Shown: piece after piece, positions 45,277-64,000 of the stretch | Layout of the letters: each line of letters begins with the position of its first letter | How positions within the stretch are numbered: the stretch's first letter is position 1 | Origin: Eledone cirrhosa | Taxonomy: Eukaryota | Assembly (NCBI GenBank): GCA_964016885.1 | Contig: OZ024761.1 | Span: forward strand, 31,248,001-31,312,000 | Reading direction: 5' to 3' | Length of the DNA stretch: 64,000 nucleotides | The notes under the pieces: generated by a model | Databases searched by the model: none | Told to the model about the DNA's origin: nothing | What the model saw: only the letters and a program-made list of their open reading frames with translations | Translations under genes and position numbers: made by a program

Positions 45277-45890
45277 GCTACTACTACCTTCGCCACTATT
45301 AATACTGCTAGCATCATCACTATTTTCATTATCAATACATCTACCACCACCACAACCATTAATACCACCACCACCACCACCACAACCATTAATACCATCA
45401 CCACCACCGCCACCACCATCACATCTATCACCACCACCACCACCACCACAACCATCAATACCACCACCACCACCGCCACCACCATCACATCTATCACCAC
45501 CACCACCACCACCACAACCATCAATACCACCACCACCACCGCCACCACCATCACATCTATCACCACCACCACCACAACCATTAATACCACCACCACCACC
45601 ACCACCACCACCGCAACCATTAATAGCACTACTACTAACACCACCAAACAACCACCACCGCCACCACCACTAGACTATTTAGCACCATCACCGTCAACAA
45701 CGACAACACAACCACGGCCACCATCATCATCATCATCATGACCGTAAACTGCAATAGCAGCAGCAATAGTCACAGCAGCGGCACTAGTAGCAGTACTAAT
45801 AACAACAACAACAACAACGACAGTAAACGTAACAGCAGCAGCAGCAGCAGCAACGGCAGCAAGAATGACAGTAGCATCATCACCACCACC

Positions 45891-45922
<32 letters not shown>

Positions 45923-46001
45923 CAACAACACCACCACCACCACCACCACCACCACCACCAACAACAACAACACCACCACCACCACCACCACCACCACGGC
46001 C

Positions 46002-46050
<49 letters not shown>

Positions 46051-47220
46051 GCGACAGCAACAACAACAACAACAACAGCAGCAACAGAAGCAACAACAGC
46101 GACAGCAACGGTATCAACAACAACAGCAGCAGCAATAGCGACAACAACCATAGCAGCGGCAACAGCAGCAGTAGGAATAACAACAGCAACATCAGCAACT
46201 GCAGCAACAGCAACAGTAAGAACAGCAGCAACAGCACAACAGCAGCAATCAGTTAATAGATGGAGAGAAGCCTACGAACGCTGTAATAGTGGTAGGGATT
46301 ACCAGAAATACCCCACCACCACCACCACCACACCACCACCACCACACCACCACCACCACCACCACTACACCACCACCACAACCACCACCACCATCACCAC
46401 TATCACCACCATCACCACCACCACCACCACCACCACCACCACCACCATCACCACCACCACAATCACCACCACCACCATCACCACCACTACACCACCACCA
46501 CCACCACCACAACCATCGCCACCACAAACACCACCACCACCATCACCACCACCACCAACACCACCACTATCACCACCACCACCACCATCACTACCACCAC
46601 CACCACCACCACCATCACCACCACCACCACCATCACCACCACCATCACCACCACCACCACCACCATCACCACCACCACCACCACCACCATCACCACCACC
46701 ACCACCACCACCACCACCATTACCACCACCACCACCACCACCACTATCACCACCACCACCACTATCACCACCACCACCACCATCACCACCACCATCACCA
46801 CCACCACCACCACCATCACCACCACCATCACCACCACCACCACCACCATCACCACCACCACCACCACCACCACCACCATCACCACCACCACCACCACCAC
46901 CACCACCACCACTATCACCACCACCACCACCATCACCACCACCACCACCATCACCACCACCACCATCACCACCATCACCACCACCACCACCACCACCACC
47001 ACCATCAACACTACCACCACCACCGCCGCCATCACCACCACCACCAGCACCACCAACACCACCACCACCATCACCACCACCACCACCACCACCATCACCA
47101 CCACCACCTTCACCACCACCACCTTCACCACCACCACCACCACCACCACCACCACACTATCCACCATCACAACAACACCAACAAACACAACAACAACAAC
47201 AACAACAACAACAAGAACAA
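44645..47220. repeat. (CCA)n, (CTA)n, (CAA)n and (CAG)n triplet field
   Basis: Direct reading; source of poly-Pro/His/Thr ORFs. Confidence 0.95.
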
Positions 47221-47651
47221 GTCCACAATGTAGCCTCATCGTGCTCATTCGACCTGCTAAAATTAGCAGCCCAACCTTCCTCAATTCACAACAACCTACC
47301 TAACCATCGTAGGAGAAATCTTCACGCTGGATACAATGATATCGTGTTCTGTGTATATAAGAAAAAGACGTCTTTCGTAACAGGTCTGCTCGATCAGAGC
47401 CGACCAAGAGCTAAACAACTACAACAGCAATAACTACAATAATAACTGTTTCTACTTTAGGCACAAGGCCAGCAGTTTCCCAGTGCATTACTGGTACTAC
47501 AATTACTGGTAACTACAATAATAACGATAACTGCAACAACGTCAGGGATAAGATTGTTGTTGTAGCTGGAGCTGTCTGTGTTACGCTTAATTAAGAGTAA
47601 TTTGTAAATAATTGAAACTGCAACCAACAGAGACTGATAGATAGATAGTTA

Positions 47652-48135
47652 AATTTCTTTATTAGCCACAAGGGCACAACAGAAGGGGACAAATACAAAT
47701 GGGGAGTTTATATACAGGTATATGAAAATAAAACTATTAATAAAATAACAAATAACAATTGAAATCCCCGAAAAAATGTACACACCCCGAAAAAATGTAC
47801 AACCCTCATCTCCAGGAGCACCAAGAGTGAGTACTCCCCTCCTCACTAACCTCTTTTTCCTCAACCTACAGGCTTATATAGAGAGAAGGTCCAACCACTC
47901 GGGCCATCTTTGCCACATTCACCCCCTTTTATAAAATTTGCTGGGGTACAGCACCCCTCTCTCTCCATCCTGATTCTTCTTCCAAAATGATATTTGAAAA
48001 AACGAATCAGTTGCTCGCCGGAGAGAAAGGTGTCTGACCTCAGCCCTTTTAACCTCGTCCACCATATAACCTCTTTCATCATAGCCATAACACATAGGAA
48101 AACCGCCTCTCCCTCGTTTTTGAAGGAGGGTAGAC
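47652..48135 (-). pseudogene. 5'-truncated Tx1/L1-like LINE 3' end
   Basis: AMMKEVIWWTRLKGL...LIRFFKYH..RRIRMER resembles an L1/Tx1 ORF2 C-terminus; 3' end tgcccttgtggctaataaagaaat also at about 48275 and 61800. Confidence 0.6.
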
Positions 48136-48155
48136 AGACAGACAGACAGACAGAC

Positions 48156-48256
<101 letters not shown>

Positions 48257-48411
48257 CATAGATAGATAGATATATTTCTTTATTTGCCACAAGGGCGCAC
48301 AATATAAGGGGACAATACAAAAACACATGCCGGGGATTTTACATACAGTCGTGTAAAAATAATATTAAAACAAATTTAACAATCGAAATCCCCAATAAGA
48401 GGGAGAGATAG

Positions 48412-48460
<49 letters not shown>

Positions 48461-48465
<5 letters not shown>

Positions 48466-48993
48466 ATACTTGGGGAGGGTCATATTTGTGTAATATTGCC
48501 AGAATTAATAACAGAACACACTCACTGTTTGGTTGGTTTTCGCTTCTGTGTCTTTTATATCGGTAATCTAATTTATTCGGTCCTCAATGTTGCCATTGAC
48601 TGACCGACGGTCAAAAATAATACAGATACAATATAGACACAAACACATATATATAGTTTATCAAAGTTCTTTCGTTGCACATCTGCAACATCGTCAGTGT
48701 TGCTATTATGTTTCCTCCCGTTGCTTTGTATGCTTACGACATCTTTATTTAGTCTGTTTATTTATTTATTTATTTGTTTGTTGTTATTGTGCTTGTGTAT
48801 GTATTTATTTATTTATTTTTATTTATTTAATTTTTTATTATTTATACTTCTCTTAGGTCAGTGTTGTTTGTTTGGGTGTTGTTATTCCATTCATTTTTTC
48901 TGTTTAGCCTTGGTCTTCTAAGTTCTATTTCGCTGGCCTCTCTGATTTGCCTATCTGCTGGGTCATTTCTATGTTTAGATATTATTCTAACTT
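48461..48993 (-). mobile_element. Second copy of the PLE 3' end/pLTR
   Basis: Reverse complement of about 43365-43901 at high identity. Confidence 0.9.
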
Positions 48994-49068
48994 CTATATA
49001 TATATGTATATGTATATATATATGTATATGTATATGTATATATATGTATATATATATATGTATATATG

Positions 49069-49097
<29 letters not shown>

Positions 49098-49100
<3 letters not shown>

Positions 49101-49450
49101 CGATATTAACAAATGGAAACTATATTTATAAAACCATATTTATTTCATTATACATATTTCAAGGATACCAAGTTAAATTATGGTATGCCTTCATCATACA
49201 AAATACAATATATACCAGTTTTATAAATAAACATTGACGTACCCTTTCAAAATGCGACCGTTACTTCAATGTTTATTTATAAAACTGGTATATATTGTAT
49301 TCTGTCTGATGAAGGCATACCATAATTTAACATGGTATCCTTGAAATATGTATAATGAAATAAATATGGTTTTATAAATATAGTTTCCATTTGTTAATAT
49401 CGTATATCTACTCCAAATATTTGTCGAGTGCTTTATATCAGTTATAAAAA
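49098..49450 (+). mobile_element. Fold-back element with two opposed hammerhead copies
   Basis: Arms about 49098-49236 and 49267-49406; same family as 44155-44390 and 51545-51757. Confidence 0.85.
49298..49362 (+). ncRNA. Minimal hammerhead ribozyme
   Basis: CTGATGA-aggcataccat...atggtatcctt-GAAA-tatgt-ATA; the opposed copy at 49141-49205 has CTGA>ATGA. Confidence 0.7.
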
Positions 49451-49840
49451 TACATATATATATATGTGTGTGTATATGTGTAGATATAGAAATATATATA
49501 TATATGTGTGTGTGTGTATATATACGTGTAGATATATAAATATATATAAATATTAGAGAGAGCTTTAGAAAGATTTAGAATCATTTTACACACATATAGA
49601 TATAGGTCTTTAGAGAGGGTTGGACACACACACACACACACATATATATATACATACATATATATATATATACACACATATATATATATATACACATACA
49701 TACACACACACATATATATATATATATATATGTATATACATACATATATATATATACATACATATATATATACACATACATACACACACATATATATATA
49801 TATATGTATATATACATACATATATATATATAGATATATA

Positions 49841-50133
49841 TGGTGGCTGCCAACTCGTTTTCGAGTACGGCCACTACTTTATATCCATGTAGGAGAACCC
49901 CTACCAATGCGCTGAACGAGTGTGACTTTTTAGTCCAGCCAGCGACTTGAAAACTCTGGTACAAACACTACACTTGCGACAATTATTGACACATAGTGCT
50001 GGGCCCATGGTACCATGTGACGACAAGGGCAGAGAGATCTCCAGATATAAAGCAATGCCTGTGCCGTGAAGCTTTTATAGTGAGCAAAGGCACTGCACAA
50101 AGCCAGTCCCACTCTCTTAACCAAGATGATATT
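49841..50133. repeat. Second copy of the unclassified ~295-bp repeat
   Basis: Matches 34627-34920. Confidence 0.85.
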
Positions 50134-50156
50134 TATATACACATACATACACACAC

Positions 50157-50209
<53 letters not shown>

Positions 50210-50471
50210 CAAATATATATATATATAGACACACACACACACATATATATATAGGAACGATCGACTTTCGTCAAATCGGACCGAGGAAACAATGTTTTCG
50301 TCGGTCTTTCCAGTTGCTAATGCTATCTATCGGTCGCAACTCCAGCTAGAAGGAGCAACGTGAAATAAAGTGTCTTGCTCAAGGACATAACGCATCACCT
50401 GGTCCAGGAATCGAACTCTCAACCTCACGATTGCGAATCCATCCAATTCTCTAGCCACTCAGCCACACGCC

Positions 50472-50522
<51 letters not shown>

Positions 50523-50523
50523 G

Positions 50524-50554
<31 letters not shown>

Positions 50555-50555
50555 G

Positions 50556-50687
<132 letters not shown>

Positions 50688-50822
50688 TATAAATGTAGGA
50701 GGTGAGTTTTATTGTAGTACAATAAAGCAATGCAGATATCGGATAAGAAGCACTCTACAGTTTGTGGGACTGGAGTATGCATAATATAAGATCAAAAGAT
50801 GGTTAAAGGAGTTCAATATATT

Positions 50823-50885
50823 TTATTATGCGCATTTCAAAAACAAACATCATCAAACAATAATATTTGTGTTTTCATCAGATAA
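50823..50885 (-). ncRNA. Minimal hammerhead ribozyme with long stem II
   Basis: ttat-CTGATGA-aaacacaaatattatt...gatgatgtttgttttt-GAAA-tgcgc-ATA-ataa; palindromic atgcgcat. Confidence 0.75.
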
Positions 50886-50962
50886 CATTATATATATATA
50901 TGAGAGACGTAAAATAAGAACATTATAAAATTAACTTACTTACGAAAATATATATATATATT

Positions 50963-50993
<31 letters not shown>

Positions 50994-51044
50994 TTTTTTT
51001 CAGAATAATAATAAATGAAGACATTCACATAATCAAAATTTCTT

Positions 51045-51219
51045 TTTTATTATATATATTTCGAGAGGTTAACTTTGCCTTTCATCCTTACGGGGTCGAT
51101 AAAATAAAGTACCAGTAATGCACTGAGATAATTGCTGTCCTTGTGCCAAAAGTAGAAACAATTATATATATTTCGAAGGTACTGTGCTGTTTTTTTCAGT
51201 ACGTCCTCCTCAGATAAAA
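51045..51219 (-). ncRNA. Hammerhead interrupted by a SINE insertion
   Basis: ttttat-CTGAGGA-ggacgtactg...cagtaccttc-GAAA-tatat-ATA; SINE at 51065-51160 with 16-bp TSD. Confidence 0.7.
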
Positions 51220-51646
51220 TACATGAATTGATGTATGACCTACCTCAAGTGTCTTGATAGTTCAATTCCAGTATTGGCAGTCCTGTATTATTATTCTGAA
51301 TAATAATTGTTTCTACTTTAGGCACAAGGCCAGCAATTACCCAGTGCATTACTGGTACTTTATTTTATCGACCCCGTAAGGATGAAAGGCAAAGTCAAAT
51401 AACTCCAGAAAACTACTTGTAGAGTGCTTTTAATCTATTGTAAATCTATATTCATTGAGTAATCAATGAACCATATTAATCTTTGGTACATATATATATA
51501 TATATATATATGCAAAAGTTTTATTTAAAATTGTTGGGTTACAACGAATAAATATTTTATAACTGATATAAAGCACTCAACAAGTTTTGGAGTAGATATA
51601 CGATATTAAACAAATGGAAACTATATTTATAAAACCTTATATATTG

Positions 51647-51712
51647 TATTTTATCTGAAGAAGGCATGCCATATTTCTAATATGGTATCCCTGAAATATG
51701 TATAATGAAATA
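51647..51712 (+). ncRNA. Minimal hammerhead ribozyme in a fold-back element (51545-51757)
   Basis: tattttat-CTGAAGA-aggcatgccatatt-tct-aatatggtatccct-GAAA-tatgt-ATA-atgaaata. Confidence 0.75.
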
Positions 51713-51752
51713 AATATGGTTTTATAAATATAGTTTCCATTTGTTTAATATC

Positions 51753-51841
<89 letters not shown>

Positions 51842-52424
51842 TAGATAAAGATAGATAGAGAGAGAGAGAGAGATGGGGGGGGGGAGAAAGGAAGAAGAAA
51901 AAATGAGGGAAGGTGAAAGGGTATAAGATATATTGTAGATTAAGAAAGTGTATAAGAGTTACATTGAAAGAAACTTCTCCAGATATCCAATGTTTGTAAT
52001 GATTGTGAAGTCCCCGTCTCTTCTCATCCCCTCTCCCCCCTCTCCCTGAACTAATGCCACCATAGTATCCCCCTACACCCCTACCTCCTTCCTTCCTTAC
52101 TTATTTCATTTCATTTTCCTACTTTCTTTCTTTCTCGTGTTCTTTCTTTCTTTTTCTCTTTCTTCTCAAAATTTTTTTATTATTTCGCAAATTTCACTAA
52201 ATTTCAATTTCTTTTTAAGAAGAAAAAAACGAAAAAGAAAACGATTAAAAAAAAAATCATTCATTCTACGTTTTCATTCTCTTCTTTCTTTCTTTCTTTT
52301 TTCTATCCTTCTTTCTTTCTTTCTTTTCTTTCTTTTCTTTCTTTTCTTTCTTTTCCTTCTTTTCTTCTTCAGCATTTCATTCAATTTTCTTGAGTTTTAA
52401 ATTTAAATTCATTCACAACGTGTC

Positions 52425-53055
52425 GTCCCCATCACCACAACTATACCACCACCACCACCACCACTACCGCCACCACTATACCACCACCACTATACCACCA
52501 CCACCACTATACCACCACAACCACCCCACCACTATACCACAACCACTATACCAACACCACCATCACCACCACCACCACTTTACCACCACCACTATACCAC
52601 CACCACCACTATACCACCAAAACCACCCCCACCACTATACCACCACCACTATACCACCACCACTACCACCACCACCACCATCACCACCATCACCACTATA
52701 CCACCACCACCACTATACCACCACCACCACCACCACTATACTACCACCACTATACCACCACCACCATTATGCCCCCACCCCCACCATTAAACCCCAACCT
52801 CACCACTATACCACCACCACACCACTATACCACCCCCACTACTACACCACCACTACCCACCCACACACCACCACTATCACCAACACCAACACCACCACTA
52901 TACCACCAATACCACCAGTACTATACCACCACCACCTCCACCATAACTACCACCACCACACCACCACTATCACCACCACTATACCACCACTATCACTACC
53001 ATTATACCACTACTACCACTATACCACCACTACCTCCACCACCACCACCACCACC
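52425..53055. repeat. (CCA)n tract punctuated by ctata
   Basis: Direct reading. Confidence 0.9.
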
Positions 53056-53201
53056 CTGTTATCGTCTCGTTCAACATTTCATTACCAATATTATTTCTCC
53101 TATCATCGCATTTTCCTTTTCTGGTTTTCCTTTCTTTTTTCGTTTCGCTTCTTTTCGCACTTAAACACCTTCACTGTCTATTCTTCTTCTTCTTCTTCTT
53201 C

Positions 53202-53233
<32 letters not shown>

Positions 53234-53299
53234 CTTCTTCTTCTTCTTCTTCCAAGTTGTTGTCATCGCCATTTTCATCGCCTCTCTCTTCGTTGCTCT

Positions 53300-54685
53300 C
53301 ATCATTATCATCGCTCTCATTATCGTCTCTCTCATCGTCGTCGCTCTCATCTCTCTCATCGCTGTCGTCTCTCTCATGATCGTCGTCTCTCTCATCGCCG
53401 TCGTCTCTCTCATCGTTGTCGCCTCTCACATCGCCGTCATCTCTCTCATCGTTGTCGCCTCTCTCATCGCCGTCGTCTCTCTCAACGTCATCGTCTCTCT
53501 CATCGCAATCGTCTCTTTCATCGCCGTCGTCTCTCTCATCGTTGTCATCTCTCTCATCGCCGTCGTCTCTCTCATCGTTGTCGTCTTTCTCATCGCCGTC
53601 GTCTCTCTCATCGTCGTCTCTCTCATCGCCGTCGTCTCTCTCATCGCCATCGTCTCTCTCATCGCCATCGTCTCTCTCATCGCCGTCGTCTCTCTCATCG
53701 TTGTCGTCTCTCTCATCGCCGTCGTCTCTTTCATCGTTGTCTCTCTCATCGCCGTCGTCTCTCTCATCGCCGTCGTCTCTCTCACCAGCCTCGTCTCTCT
53801 CATCGCCGTCGTCTCTCTCATCGCGGTCGTCTCTCTCATCGCTGTCGTCTCTCTCATCGCCGTCGTCTCTCTCATCGTCGTCGTCTTTCTCGTCGTCATC
53901 GTCTCTCTCGTCGCCGTCGTCTCTCTCATCGTCGTCGTCTCTCTCGTCGTCGTCGTCTCTCTCGTCGTCGTCGTTTCTCTCATCGCCGTCATCTCTCTCA
54001 TCGTTGTCCTCTCTCTCAACGCCATCGTCTCTCTAATCGTTGTCATCTCTCTCATCCCCGTCGTCTCTCTCATCGTCGTCGTCTCTCTCATCGCCGTCGT
54101 CTCTCTCATCGCCGTCGTCTCTCTCATTGTCGTTGTCGTCTCTCTCATCGCCGTCGTCTCTCATCGCCGTCGTCTCTCTCATCGTTGTCGTCTCTCTCAT
54201 CGCCGTCGTCTCTCTCATTGTCGTCGTCGTCTCTCTCATTGTCGTCGTCGTCTCTCTCATCGCCGTCGTCTCTCTCATTGTCGTCGTCGTCTCTCTCATC
54301 GCCGTCGTCTCTCTCATCGTTGTTGTCTCGCTCATCGTCGTCGTCTCGCTCATCGTCGTCGTCTCTCTCATCGCCGTCGTCTCTCTCATTGTCGTCGTCG
54401 TCTCTCTCATCGCCGTCATCTCTCTCATCGTTGTCGTCTCTCTCATCGCCGTCGTCTCTCTCATCGCCGTCATCTCACTCATCGTTGTCGTCTCTCTCAT
54501 CGCCGTCGTCTCTCTCATCGCCGTCGTCTCTCTCGTCGTCGTCGCTCTCATCGCCGTCATCTCTCTCATCGTTGTCGTCTCTCTCATCGCCGTCGTCTCT
54601 CTCATCGCCATCGTCTCTCTCATCGTTGTCGTCTCTCTCATCGTTGTCGTCGCTCTCATCGTTGTTATCGTTCTCATCGTCGTTC
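53300..54685. repeat. 18/21-bp minisatellite (catcgccgtcgtctctct)
   Basis: Direct reading; source of RETTAM and IAVVSL ORFs. Confidence 0.95.
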
Positions 54686-55074
54686 TGATTGACTTCTTCT
54701 TCAACAGTATTATCATCGTCATCATCTTTATCCTCCTCCTTCTCTCCTTTCTCCTCCTTCTCTTCCTCCTCCTATTCCTCTCCTTCATCGCTCTTATCGG
54801 CGTCGTCGCCAGTTATTGTTGTTGTTGTTGCTGCTGTTGTGGTTATGGTTGTTCTTTCTCCCCTCCTCCTCCACCTCCGCCTCCATCACCTCCTACTCCC
54901 TCCTACCCTCCCTCACTCTATCCCTCTATCTCTCCCCCTTGTTCACTCTTCACTTTTCCCCCTTTTCCTCCTCTCTCCCCCTCTCTGTTTACTCTTCACC
55001 TTTGTCTTGTTCTTTGCTTTCCCTCCTCCCTCTCCTCAACCCCCCGCCCTCTCACACACTATAAACAATAAAAA

Positions 55075-60390
<5,316 letters not shown>

Positions 60391-60437
60391 AGAGGAAGGA
60401 AAAAAAAAAAAGAATTTTTTTTCTTCTTTCTTCTTAG

Positions 60438-60594
60438 GCTAGAGATATTAAAAGTGATTGTATGAAGAACCAGGTCGTGATACAAGGATTTACCCCAAGT
60501 TGGCGGCCTCCGATCATTTGGATTAAATAAACGATACTTTTAAACAGTGATGTAGAATGCAGCAGCTCCCAAGAGAGGCAAAATCCGTCGGAAG
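60438..60594 (+). other. Possible non-coding/UTR exon
   Basis: Unique island bounded by a polypyrimidine tract plus AG and by GAAG|GTAAAA; stops in all three forward frames. Confidence 0.25.
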
Positions 60595-60899
60595 GTAAAA
60601 AGGCAAAAAAAAAAAAAAAAACCCTCCAAAAATACCCCCCCCCCCCTGCCCCCAACTACCCCACCAAAAAAAAAATCCTTAAAAAAAAAAATTTCTCCCT
60701 TAACCCTTTCAAAAAAATAACCCCTTCCCAAAAAAAATCACCGCCCCACTCCAACTCCCATTTAATTATCTTTTTTGCATTTTTTAAATATTTTTTTTTT
60801 TTTTTTTTTTGCATATTTACACGTTTTTACATATTTTTTACATATATATTTCTATCTTTGTATTTTTACATATTTATATTTTTATATATTTACTCGATA

Positions 60900-64000
<3,101 letters not shown>

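Noticed and set aside
45865-47433. Extensin/formin-like poly-Pro and poly-His ORFs
   Set aside because: Translation of (CCA)n triplets, open in several frames
53376-55071. Membrane-like or RS-rich ORFs
   Set aside because: 18/21-bp minisatellite translations

Overview
This is eukaryotic, AT-rich, repeat-saturated DNA. The SINE families and extreme microsatellite load suggest a cephalopod (octopus-like) genome, which is an inference. No host protein-coding gene can be supported, and nearly all long ORFs in the track are translations of (TA)n, (CA)n, (GA)n, triplet or minisatellite tracts. The complex islands between microsatellites are mostly mobile elements: two tRNA-derived SINE families, RTE-, CRE- and Tx1/L1-like LINE remnants, Tc1/mariner and hAT MITEs, and a decayed Penelope-like element (RT plus GIY-YIG remnant, 41.7-43.9 kb) with an inverted pseudo-LTR. 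The main hidden signal is a dense population of minimal type I hammerhead ribozyme motifs (CUGAnGA-stem II-GAAA-short, usually palindromic stem III-NUH). About 8 have intact-looking cores and about 10 more are degenerate, from several unrelated sequence families. Most lie in short non-coding, often fold-back, elements embedded in (TA)n tracts, which look like Penelope pLTR-derived or retrozyme-like elements. All folds were read by eye and need computational and biochemical confirmation.
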